Below are positions 1-11,928 of a stretch of DNA of 64,000 nucleotides, piece by piece (position 1 is the first letter of the stretch; the number at the start of each line of letters is the position of its first letter). The position numbers and the translations under genes are program-made. The notes beneath the pieces were generated by a model. It was not told the origin of the DNA. It worked only from the letters and a program-made list of their open reading frames with translations, and ran no database searches. The DNA is taken from NCBI GenBank assembly GCA_026025075.1, contig JAPEUI010000084.1, positions 1-64,000 on the forward strand, given 5' to 3'. Source of the stretch: Vezdaea acicularis. Its lineage: Eukaryota.

Positions 1-479
1 CTCGCTGACGCACGGGCGGCCAATCGACGACCCTGCCCACCCTCCACCACCTCGTGGTGGCCTTAGGCCGCCATGGCTCGGACGACGTGGTCCCACCCAC
101 TAAACCTAACCCTCCCGCCCGTATAATGGACGGAATTTAACGCCAACGTGGGCACCGATGCAGTCACCAATGCCTGGACTACGCGCAAATGAACTTTTTC
201 AAGCGTTTAGGCTCAACTTTTGATCTTATTGCCAGTTCTATTCAGCAAGTAGCTCCTCCCTTCGCTTATTGCTTACGTAAATATTCGTCGAATTTTGCGT
301 CTTATAAGCGAGTGTTATCGTCTCGCCCTGACCCTGACCCTAAACAGCGAGTAGGTGGCAGCGGTAACGGGACGACGGGGGACAGCATGGAACAACGGTC
401 ACAGTCACGTTTGTATTTGGAATGTTTCTTCAACAAGAGTCCCATCGTAGACTGTTGGTAGACCACCCAATAGCTCCTA

Positions 480-2225
480 TTATCTCAACTGCCCTTTCGG
501 TGGATGTCCCAGTATCTTATCGTAGACAAATGGACTCCTGCCCAACAGCCTGCGCTCAAATTCTCCCAGCGTATCCTCATAAAGAATCTTTCCTTGCATG
601 TCTTCAAGGTCACCGTCGTACTCCCAGACAACTTGCTTTTGTCTCTCCCCAGAACGGTCATTCTTCACCACAGCGTTCTTCCAGTCTCTCAAAGCTTCGC
701 ATTTGTAAGCACCTTTATCTTCTATACCAGGGCCTTTGAGACCCCATCGAGCCCGAACAGATGCGTGAATATATTCATTTGTATGTCTTAGCAGTCTGCC
801 GGTAGGTCGACCAGAGTCGCGATTAATGGCCGTATAGTCACCAGGCGTACGAGTCTTGCTACCCGCGAGGGCATATATCCCTTTTGAGGAATCCAAGATT
901 TCGCCTAGAGCTCTTCAAATTAGCACTACCTTCATACGCTCTACGATTACTGGGCAGGAAATTTCATACCGAAAGACCATGGCCTTGTTCTTTGATCCGT
1001 TGCATCGTAGAATTGCCTGTTAAGGTCGTCTTGCTGCTGGACGTAATTTGGGCTGAAGTCAAGGAAAGGATCCAACTCCGACATCATCCAAGCTAAAGTT
1101 ATGTTAGAGATCTCAGAATCATCATATCCTCCACCGATATTTGAATGTACGCCAGGGAACCAGACTTGTTTGAGATACTGTTGCGCAAATTAGCAGACCT
1201 CTTCAAATAGCGAGAGAGTTGGCTAATCCTACTGTTCTGGAACGCCGCGATTTCTCCCACACGCTAGGTGCGAATGGCTCGCGGTGCTCATCTAGCGCGA
1301 GGGCCTGGAAGCCATTCTCTATGTGTTCTCCAATCATTGTATCCTCGAACGCATAATCCTTCGCCATATGGTTTGGTTCCTTCATATCAAATACGCCAAT
1401 GCGGGGAATACCAAGAGCACCTTGGTCCTCATGTTAGCATTAATACCTATACCAAAATGGGCAGAATTCCAATCGAACCAACAGTGTCCCACACTCCTAT
1501 GGCTTTGATCGGTACATTGGGCGTCGTAAGGCCCCGCTTAGACAGAGGTTAGCTCTAGACTCGTAGGCTTGAGAGCATTCCCAAACTAACTCTTACGAGC
1601 TCCGTAGCATATGCTGGGTCCTTGATGTTTGGCTTACGAGAGAATGGCACGTTCGGGAAAGCTGATCTATAGTCTGGATCCTGGCTTCCCCTGTAATCCT
1701 GGAAGATAGCATAAAAGTCTGCCTGTCCAAGTTTTGTTAAGACGCCGATAACTCCGATTAGGGCAGCGATACTTCGCGCAGTGAAGGCCCCTCGCGAAAA
1801 GCCAAGGAGGTATATCTCATCTCCAATCATGTAATTATTCGCAATGAAATCGTATCCTTCCCGAATGTGCTCTGACAGCCCCAAGCCTGTGCTCCCTCCT
1901 ACTATACGATCTCTGAGGCCTATCCCACTACCGACACCCGCCTGGTAATAAACAATCTGCGGGATCCCGTCATCACTTTCGGGAAGAACGGATCGGCATA
2001 TGCGAGTAACGTTAGAGGGTAGTTGAGGTTTCCCGCGATCGAGACCATTGTCAGAGTTGAGCCAAGTACCTGAGTAGTTCGACGATCAGTTACGGGGATA
2101 CGATTCATCCATTCCAGGTCTCTGATCGGACTCGTGGTATCGTGAGAAATCGCGTACATACCGTCGCATGCGACGATTAACCTCTTATGGGGGCGTTTTA
2201 TAGGAGGCCCTGAAAAGAGGGGCAT
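480..2225 (-). CDS. DUF2235 / Tle1-like alpha/beta-hydrolase domain protein (multi-exon)
   Basis: N-terminal KRLIVACDG, GLSEHIREGYDFIANNY...IYLLGFSRGAFTARS (GxSxG-type nucleophile elbow) and FQALALDEHREPFAPSVW motifs are spread over several minus-strand ORFs separated by introns. Confidence 0.85.
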
Positions 2226-3267
2226 TCTTTTAATGAACCTTTGAATGAGCTTTCTTATCGATGGAAACCAACCTATCGTGATCAAAGAGCTCAGAAGGTT
2301 GGTGGATGGTGAGTAAATTTTGGAGAGCTTTGGCGTCAAGGCAGTCTAGCTAAGGTTACGTGGCAGTCGTGTCAAAGTTGCGCGTCTTGTCGTGTCTTCG
2401 TAGAGATGGCTGACAACCTTCGAATCTTGGCGGTCTGTCGATTTGAGAAACCATCACCAATGCCTAGCCACATGAATAAAATCTGCCTGGACAATCATAG
2501 CGATACTTTATTCAGCTGTTTGGGGATGTAAACTCGGAGGCGATCGCGAACATATGAAGGCAACCAATCAAGGGGTACATTTGTGACTTTGTATCTTGCT
2601 GAGCTATAACAGGACCTGGCTGTCAAAGTCACAATAAAATACTGACAGTCAAGTGTGAGACGTGATGTGAGTGCAAGAATAGGGAGCACAATAGGATTGA
2701 CATGAAATGGCATAAGACGTTGTGTGGGGTATACCCAGAAGCTATTGAGAAACGGTAGTTGTGTTGTACATATTAACAGTTATTCGTGTAGAATTGAATC
2801 CCAGGAATCCACGCCTCAGCGCTTTTGCGCGATCATACCAATTTCTAAGTGGTATCAGCTTATGGGGGCGTGATACGATTTGAATTGATTTGTGACACCC
2901 TCAGATGGAGCTAAAAATTCAAGGCTAGTGTAATTAAACCTGACATATATTCGCCTTAATTAATTGGTACAAGAGATATTTACCAAGGTCCTCAAAATTT
3001 TTAAAAAAATGGGCAAAATCCTCCGAACATTGGATGGTTTGGAGCTCGACTAGAGCACTTTGAGTCGGCTGGCCTTAGATCTTGCTCCAATTAAACCCTC
3101 CTTCAGTCCAGGTTTGACCGGCTGGGAATTGAAGCCCTTCGTAGAGTGTCTCCCTGCCCAAGTTACCACTGCTTATAAATGAATGGGAAATCTTTATACA
3201 GGTATATTGAGAGTACAGCAAAACCGGACTCCAAGTCATTATGACTACTAACGTTTCTCTAGGTGAT

Positions 3268-5174
3268 CTAGGCCTCCTCTACATGACTTGGTTGCTCAGC
3301 ATCTTTCGCCGCTATGGACCCACGCCCGCCACGAGCCTTCATGTCGCTTGCAAGTGTTTGAGCAAATTTAGATTTTGCTCGAATACTTGGTCCTTTCCAA
3401 TAAAATATATATATCGGTATTGTCACAATTAGCGCGAGGACGGCAAGTATTGTGGTTGGCCACTCGAGCTTATACTTGTGGCCAACATTTGAGTAGACTG
3501 CTAGAGAGTAAGTGAAGGCACCAAGGCGCGCATAAAAAAAGATGCTGCTATCAAATGCACTTACAAGGAGTTGAGTACATGGCAGCAATCCCCGCTAAGA
3601 AATCCCTAGCCAGTGCATTTCCACCGGTAGCTGATGCTGAATACGGTCCATAAGCAGCAACCATGTAATCAATGGTGGCCATATAGATAGAATACTAGGA
3701 AACGTGGGACCTTGTTAACTTGACCCCTTCAAGGAATGGTGTTGCTTAGTGGGGTGAACCCCTAAGATTTACTCACATTGGCAATACCAACAAGCGAGGA
3801 AAAAATCATGGGAGCAATCCAATGAACACGGGGCGGCCCCAGACTTGTCCACGCGAAGCCAAAGAGCCCAATGGTCTCAAGTGGTGCAACTAGTCACAAA
3901 GGCTCAGAGTCAGATAACCGATTCCGCTGGAAAGTAAAGTGGAGAAGCTTACCATATAAAAGCCAATATAGCCGAGCCTCTGGTTGAAGAGCATCCGGGT
4001 CCTTGCGGCGTATTTGTCGGTGTCTGTGTATGAAAGGGAAGAAAGAGAAGTAGGCGATGATATAGCCCACAGCGATGCTAACGGAAAATGGGCGAATGAG
4101 CAAACTTGCTTGGATGAAGAATGATCTGGAAGAGGGACCATGCACTCACGGTATGAACGCTAGGCCAGTTTCTATAACTCCAAAATTCCACTGGGAAAAT
4201 ACTGGGGTATAGGATTCGAGGAAGGTGAAAATGAGCGCGTCGCTGAATCCACTAAGTAGAGAGAGCCAAAGAACAATAGGTTCACGGACAAACATCTCAA
4301 AAGGTCGGACCCAAATCACTCCAACTTCTCTCAAAGTTATGCGGTGCTCTTTGAGTTCGTCAGGGCCATATATGTTCGTTTCACCAGCCTTGCGTCGTCT
4401 TTTGGCTTCCCGGTTGAGTAAAATGGTGCTCCTTGTCTCTGGTACCAGGAAAAAGTGAATCACTTGGACCACGCCTCCAAAAATAAGCTGAATCCAGAAA
4501 TTCCATCGCCAGGAAAGATACTTCTGGATAAACGATCCAGCAACTGGACCAACTATTGATCCACCAACAGAAGAAAGTACAATGAAGGCCACAGCGTATT
4601 GCTGATCATCCGCTTGCCACATATCTGCTACCATTCCAAGGGTCACGGAGCCTCCGGCAGACGAGATCCCACCGAGAAAGCGACCAACGATAATAGTACC
4701 AAAGTTCGGTGCTAGTGCGCAAGGGATTTGCCATAGATTCACGAATAGAAGACTAAGCTGTAATATCGGCCACCGTCCAAAGTCTTCACTCCAAGGGGCC
4801 CAAAGTTCACTCCCAAAAGCATAAGCCACCAGGAAGATCATCTGTCCAACCCTGGCTGCTTGTTCGCTAACATTGAAATGCATTGACAAAGGTTTAATAT
4901 CATTTGCGTAGACGCTAGCATTAAAGTTCATTGATACCTGAACAATGAAGATGACGCTGAGAATACCCCATTTTTTCCATGATGGGAAAGTGAACCCAAG
5001 CTGGTCGTAACAGTCTGACTCTAGAAGCTCGATCTTGCCATCACTCCTTTTCGATTTGGGCGCGAAGTCGGCTCCTGCATCCAGGTCATTAGGCGTTTGC
5101 TTCGTATGCTCGTTGTTGGAAACGGCATCTTTCTCAGTACTGGAGCTGATGGATCGCCGCTCTGGCTGCGCCAT
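3268..5174 (-). CDS. MFS transporter, DHA1 drug:H+ antiporter-like (multi-exon)
   Basis: WKKWGILSVIF, WAPWSEDFGRWP, GRFLGGISSAGGSVTLGMVADMW, PETR and RPFEMFVREPIV motifs; many TM helices; downstream exons joined by GT-AG introns. Confidence 0.92.
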
Positions 5175-5938
5175 GGTGTTGGTTCCCAGGAATTTTAGAT
5201 AATTAAGGTTATTGGTACAAACACGGAGTCCATGCGGGCTGCAGTAGCAATAGTGTAAAATGCATGGGGAAAATAAGAGTTCTTATTCATGTGGTCTCAT
5301 TGTGAGTTTGGGGTGACGTCGATATGCAGGACAAGGGATGGTGAACGACGATGGATGCCGTCATAGCTGTGATTTAGCCGTGGGGGCTGGTCATTTGACT
5401 GGGCGGCATGGTACTCCGACGATGAAGCCATGCCGCACACTCACAGGACAATTATGTTGTGAACAAAAAAAAAAGCTGGGTTAGACGGGTTACTATTGGG
5501 AGTTGAAATCTTAAAGGTTTAAAGCATTAACGCGAAAGACCAAGCCGCGGGAAGGTCCCAGCGACAGAGGCGTCGCTTGGCGCCAATTATTTATGGTCGC
5601 AGCAACAAGCGAGGAAAGATGCTTGTGATTATACTAAGTCTAGCTTTGAGACGCAGATTGCGGATAGACAACTAAAAAGTGTTTCGCAAAAACTAGAGTT
5701 CGGCATTTACTCATAGATATATTTCATCCTCACCTGGTTTGCATCACCCAAGAATGTCTACCAGTCTTATCCAGCCTGAGAAGATGTCAAGAGCGGAAGG
5801 CGACGGCTAATGATTGACCTTGCATGTGATTGGATCATGTCTTGAAGCTGCACATCTTCCTCGCGCTCTTTCTCTCCAAGCTTTTCTAAGTATGTACTGT
5901 TGTTGCTCAACGTCTTCAAATCCCTTTATATTATCGAT

Positions 5939-7378
5939 ATGGGCACGGAAAGTCGGCACCCATTTGCAGAAGTTTCCGGAGGCCTGGTTCCCGCTCTCGC
6001 GACAATGCACGATCACCCTGACTCGCCCGGACTGCGCGTGAGATCAAAGTTGAACATGATTCTTCTTTATTGCAATCAGGTTGATTGGAAGCATGTGTTT
6101 GCACTCATCATCGTGCCAACCATTGGGTTTATCATTACCCGCCACGTGCCCCTCCGTTGGGAGACACTTACGTGGTCCGTGATATATTACTTCATGACTG
6201 GTATTGGTATTACAGCAGGTAAGGTATATCTAGTCTTAACCGACTAGGAGACTGTTTGATTTTTTCCATAGGTTACCACAGATTATGGGCCCACAGCTCC
6301 TATTCTGCGACCTTGCCCCTTAGAATCTATCTTGCCGCCATGGGAGCGGGCGCAGGCGAACAGTCCATCAGATGGTGGTCACGAGACCATCGAGCTCATC
6401 ACCGTTACACTGATACAAAGAAAGATCCTTATTCTGTCCGCAAGGGGCTACTATACTCTCATATGGGCTGGCTGCTTATGAGCCAAGATCCCAAGAACAT
6501 AGGCCGCGTCAACATCTCCGATTTGAATGAAGACCCCGTGGTTGTGTGGCAACATAAGCATATTGCAATTATTGGCATTACCATGTGCTTCATCTTCCCT
6601 TGTCTGGTCTCAGGTATCGGCTGGGGCGATTGGCAAGGGGGTCTCTTGTACGCTGGGCTCCTCCGAATGTTCTTTGTCCAGCAGGCTACTTTCTGTGTCA
6701 ATTCGCTCGCACACTGGCTTGGCGAGCAACCTTTTGATGACACGAAATCCCCTAGAGATCACTTGCTCACAGCTCTCGCGACTCTTGGAGAAGGATACCA
6801 TAACTTCCATCATGAGTTCCCCTCGGACTATCGCAATGCCATTAGATGGTTCCAGTATGATCCGACAAAATGGTCAATTTGGATATGGAAGCAGCTCGGG
6901 CTAGCATATGACCTGAGACGGTTTCGTCAGAATGAGATTGAGATGGGGCAAGTGCAGCAAGAACAAAAAAGGCTGGATTCTGCAAGTTCAAGACTACGCC
7001 TGTATAACCCCTTGACGCAACTTCCCATAATGGAGTGGGGCCAGTTTCAGGAGCAGGCTCTCAAAGGTCGGACCTTAGTTGTGATCGCTGGAGTCGTCCA
7101 TGACATTGAACCTTTCATGCGCAGTCACCCGGGTGGACTGGTGATGATCAATTCAGGAATAGGCAAAGATGCCACTGCTATGTTCAATGGAGGGGTGTAT
7201 AGCCGTCAGTTGCCTTTAACTCCATGGTTGCTTGATGCCACACTGACGATTTACATCAGATTCCCGAAGAGCTCACACATTACTTTCGAATCTAGCCATT
7301 GCTATTCTCCGAGGCGGTTGCGAAGTTGAGATCTGGAAACAGAATGGGATGTCTTCGGATGAAAACTCGACTATTTGA
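5939..7378 (+). CDS. Acyl-CoA delta-9-type fatty acid desaturase with C-terminal cytochrome b5 domain (OLE1 family, divergent copy)
   Basis: Three His boxes (HRLWAH, HRAHH, HNFHH) and the b5 HPGG motif. Introns at ~6219-6271 and ~7205-7259; the last exon reads ...[10 protein letters not shown]...STI-stop. Confidence 0.92.
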
Positions 7379-8073
7379 AAATGGTTGTAATCCAAGTAAC
7401 CCATAAGCCACTTTGCTCGTTATACCACATTGTTCACCTATCTTAAATCCATATCAGTGATCAAATGCCTCGTTGTGCCACACTTGCAGGGAAGCTGCAC
7501 CGAAAAGACCTCCAACCGTCTCAGCGTCCGGAATGAAACGAGATAGCCGAAACAAAATTGAAGAGGGCGCCTTCTATCCTCAACGACGGTTCCAATGTAT
7601 TGCAGAATGGCATTTCTGGCTATTCTTGCAAGGTACAATCCGAGATAGTGCTACCATTTGTCTCCTTTCCCTTTACCTCCTGTTGAAAATCTGTCAAACT
7701 CTTACTCCTGATTGGAAGTTTTTAAAGTGCCGTATTTTGTAATCGCCTCAAATAGCTAACCATCCAAATCAAGCATACTTGTGGTGGCAAAGCCTACAAC
7801 AAACAAAAGAACCCTCTATCGGGACTGATTCATGCAATTTAATTGCCCACGAGGTTTTGGATAGCCATGAAAGAGTAGCCTAGCCGGGTTGATCTGGTTT
7901 TCGGAAAACCCCAACCCCAATCTCAAGCGTAATACATGCCAAGGCATATATTTCTGTCTAGTGTGAGGCATTTCTTGCATCATGATGTAGAATCATTGCA
8001 TCTACTTTGCCTAAATCAGTAGTAATGTCCTAACTTAGCTGTCGCCTACATGGGTAGCTGATGTTTGAGCCTA

Positions 8074-8463
8074 TCAAATATTTGTCAAAAAGAGCTTAAA
8101 CAAAAATCCGAGACAAGTTATGTGGACAATTAGGTGAATGATCGGCCCTCCCAAAGCATGCGCTTCTCGACGGACTCCGGGGCCTCCACGAAGTATTGTG
8201 TAGAGAGCCCTCGCAGTTGGTGCAACATGATACACTGCCATGGCACCAGCTACATCGCCGGTGGTTTTATCGGCTGCTCTAAAGACGAAAATCGTTGCGA
8301 TAATGTTCATAGAGAGGAGTAGAGTTGCATACTGTCGTATAACAGCTCTGCCATTCGTATCGGAGCGCTCCAGTTGGAAAGCAGGAGCTAAAAGAAAATT
8401 TATAGAGGCGGGAATCTCTACCAGAAGGTGGAGGACGAACGGAAGCTGATACTGAGACAGCAT
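8074..8463 (-). CDS. Small (~129 aa) multi-pass membrane protein, unknown function
   Basis: Intronless ORF from MLSQYQLPFVLHLLVEIPASINF with about four hydrophobic segments. It lies head-to-head with the methyltransferase-like gene. The start is uncertain because the ORF is open back to 8607. Confidence 0.6.
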   Translation of the reverse strand: MLSQYQLPFVLHLLVEIPASINFLLAPAFQLERSDTNGRAVIRQYATLLLSMNIIATIFVFRAADKTTGDVAGAMAVYHVAPTARALYTILRGGPGVRREAHALGGPIIHLIVHITCLGFLFKLFLTNI

Positions 8464-8676
8464 ATCTTGCAACTTCCTCCAATCTCCCATTGATTTAGCG
8501 TTTCGATTCCATGAAGTGATGACCGAAGCCAACTCGAAGTCTAAAATGCAGTCTAGCGTGGTCAAGTGTCGTAGACGTGAAAGCAACGAAATCGCGTCGT
8601 CACTCATGCAGCCAATAGCGCTCGCCAGTCTTATACATTGAACAGCTCAAAAGCTTTCTCGGAGGCGCAAAATTCC

Positions 8677-9744
8677 ATGATGGAGTCCATTTGCCCTCGG
8701 CTGCAGCTACTCGAAATCAACGATCAGTCATGGTAAGCTGGCCCAGCCTGCATCGTCCAGAACGGGGCGCTAATGTCTCGTCACAGGTTTCCAGCTTACT
8801 TCCGCGAAAAGGTTCAATTGTGCTTGACACTCGTATGGACTTTGCGTCTCCCTCTCATTCAGACTGCCTCCCCAGCCCAGCTTGTTGCCTCAGTCCTCTC
8901 ATCGCAGCTCCCTAGCAAACGGACTCAGTATACTTACGTAGACTTCTGCGCTGGCGCTGGTGGACCGACGCCGACTATCGAACAGCACTTCAATGAGCAG
9001 TTGAGATCTTCAGCAATAAAACCAGATAGTGGAAAAAGAACTTCCAATGGCTATCACGGGGCAGTTGATTTCATCCTCACCGATCTGCACCCACATCTTG
9101 AGGCCTGGAAGGTGGCCGCCGCGAAGAGCGATAATCTTGGTTACATTACGGAGTCGGTAGATGCTGCCAATGCCCCAAAAGACTTGATCAAAAAGGATGG
9201 GAAGAAGGTTTTCAGGCTGTTCAACTTAGCTTTCCATCACTTCGATGATACCTTGGCACAGAAGATATTGAGGAACTCGGCTGAGACTGCGGACGGATTT
9301 GGGTGAGTCGACAGAAGTTACTTCTCCCCTTTGTTCCCCCCACTTTCCTGTCCATGGGAAGAATTGGAACCTCTACAGGCTTGCCAGTGTCATATGCTAA
9401 TGTTTGTCGATCACTCCAGCATTTTCGAACTCCAAGCTCGTACCTTCTCTTCGATTTTCACCATCTTGTTGATGTGGCCTCTACTTCTATTGGTATCACC
9501 TATTTACTTCTGGCGTTCCCCTGGGCACCTTTTCTTCACGTACATTATACCTGTGATACCTTTCGTAGTTGTTTTTGATGGAATTATCTCAAGTATCCGA
9601 ACCAGGACAGCGAAGGAAGTGAATGAGCTTCTCAGTGGCCTTGAGGACCTTGAGGGCTGGGAACTCAGGGATGGAAAGGAGTTACACACTTGGCCAACTG
9701 GGGATATGACATGGTTTATTGGCGTTAAGGGCGGCTTCAATTGA
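8677..9744 (+). CDS. Class I SAM-dependent methyltransferase-like protein with C-terminal hydrophobic hairpin
   Basis: Spliced model MMESICPRLQLLEINDQSW|FPAYFREK (intron ~8733-8787; second intron ~9303-9419). Motif I VDFCAGAGGP, acidic motif ILTDLHP, VDA and FNLAFHHF are present, followed by hydrophobic LFFTYIIPVIPFVVVFDGIISSIRT. Confidence 0.75.
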
Positions 9745-9961
9745 CAATGAAGACGCCCGTCCCAATGAAAATATCATTACCTTAATACAGAGTCAAATTC
9801 CGCGGTTTGGTGTAAATAATCTTTCTCTTACAAATTGCGTCCGAAACGGCGTCCATTATTGTATATATTCCGGGCGTTCTCATCTATTTGAAATACAATC
9901 ACAACAAGAGCCGAACAGCAAATAGCGCCGGGGAAAAAAACCCTTGCAGATTGCATGTAGT

Positions 9962-11416
9962 TCAGTCCAACGCTTCTACGGGGAGCGCATCTAATGACGG
10001 ACTCTCAACCTCCATGTTGCGTTTCAGCAGCATCATCTCAATTGCTATGCCTGGACCAAACGCGCAGCTGACGACATGCTCCTTTCCCGCTCCCATTTTT
10101 CTAAGTCTATCTAGAACACTGAACACTGTGGCACTAGAACTATTCCCGTGATTGATGTATGTTTCGTAGCTAGCTCTGAGATGTTCTGGAGTCAACTTCA
10201 TCGCTTTCTCAACGCTAGTGATGATAGTTGATCCACCCGGATGTAACGCCCAATCGAAGTCAAGGGGAGAATGGAGTAGATTTTCACCAGCGTAGCTGGC
10301 CATCGATCTCATAAGGGCCTCATATGCTGGGGCGACTGCAGCAGAGGCAAGTTTTGGGACCCGAGGGGAAAGGACAACTTTCCAACCTATGATAGGTTAG
10401 CCCGTGTGATTCAGCAGTCATCTTGGCTGATAGCTTGAAGGTCCTTGAGTGATCGCCTAGACCTGAGCCCAGCTCCACGCTTACCTTGCGGGTGAACATC
10501 AAAACCCAAGTCCTTTTCGGTATCTTGTAAGATTGCATGTTCCCAAGCTAGCAGCTCGTACACGAATCTGTGATCCTGCTTCTTGCCAATCCCATTACTC
10601 AGAATTACAGCGGAGGCGCAATCGCTGAATAAACATGCTCCAATCCGAACTTCATCATTCTTAGAAACTGAATCGAGTTCTGACCTCACCATCACACTGG
10701 ATATCTCGCATGCTACTATCAGGATCCTGGCAGGTCTTTTCCGGAAAGAAGCTCCCAGCGCAAGATTTGATGCGGTACGTAGGGCGGCCAAACCACCTGA
10801 GCAGCCAACACCATGTAACAGCACTTTTTCCACATGACCCTCAATGCCTAGTTTCTTGGCGACGAAATGGTCGAAACCTGGGTTGGCAGAGTTCGTACAT
10901 GTCGTCGATACAATGTGTGTGATGTCTCTGACATCCCCGCCCCATTCTTCGATGGCCTTGCGGCTTGCGCTCACTGATAGATCTACGCCTTCCTCAAGAT
11001 ATATCTCGCTGAGCTGATCAATTGTTGGCACATCGGGCTGAGTTGCGAGCGGGTGCTCCACTGTCCCTATCGAAGAGCGCGTGTCGATGCCAGTGTATTT
11101 ATTGATGGTTAAGACTTTCTTCAATCTATAGAGTCTCGGATTAGTAAGTATCCGGCACCCCGCGAAAAAAGTCCTGTAGAGATACAAGTGACAAAGAGGC
11201 CCGCGTACCGGCGCCACGTCAAGAAGTCTGGGTGGAAGGGCCTCACGCTGGCGACGAAGGGTAGAACCGCGCTGCAACCGTTTCCAATGCTTCCGGTCCA
11301 ACTTGATGAGGTGGATATTGAACTCCCATACCGACGATACGAAGATTCAAGCCATTGAATTTGTCTTCGATTCTATCAACAGCTGGAGCGATGGTACGCT
11401 CCGCTGAAGGCGACAT
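9962..11416 (-). CDS. Type III polyketide synthase (chalcone-synthase fold), ORAS-like alkylresorcinol/alkylresorcylic acid synthase
   Basis: Intact Cys-His-Asn triad (LHGVGCSGGLAALR, WALHPGG, HGNSSSATV) and the C-terminal AFGPG motif; two introns. The motif sequence closely matches my recollection of Neurospora crassa ORAS (GVQYPP, TTCTxSANPG, GWKVVLSPRVP). Confidence 0.95.
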
Positions 11417-11928
11417 CCTTGGGGCGCACGCAGCCTTTTGTCCCCACTCACGCGAACACAATGATGACGAAATTATCGTATGAAGATAGTAAAACAGTGC
11501 AAAGGTTCAGCGAGAAGAGAGATGACCAATTGCCTTTGGTGAGTGAGAATTTGTTCGCTGAGAAATCGAGGTACGAAGAAGCCCCGATCTACTTAATCTA
11601 TGTAACCCGATAATCGATGGGCAACTTTCTCGGAATAATTCCCAACGGTTTCGCAACACCTCTCGGTGATCCTGCTCTTTGCCGTTAGGCCCCTGTTGTA
11701 ATCGACGGCTCACTCTTACGTTACCGTCCAGCCCGACTTGAAATCCTGGAATGGATATCGCCGCCTCCAATCAACTAGCTTGGGGCAGCTCTGTCTGTCG
11801 CTGACATACTCTTGGGTCGTTAGTGGGCAGTACCCAAATTCCCGAGCTCTTTAGAGGTCCGAGCTCGTTCCTGGATAAGATCGCTTGGGCCCGGAAATCC
11901 CAGATTCCACGTTTACTTGGAAAGGGCC

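Noticed and set aside
1..460. C-rich start, CCCTGA/CCCTAA-like repeats near 325-343 and a 90-aa ORF
   Set aside because: Only about three degenerate units, which is not a telomere array. No recognisable protein or transposon signature.
2890..3130. AT-rich patch resembling a MITE or transposon remnant
   Set aside because: I could not identify terminal inverted repeats or a target-site duplication. A genome-wide repeat search would be needed.
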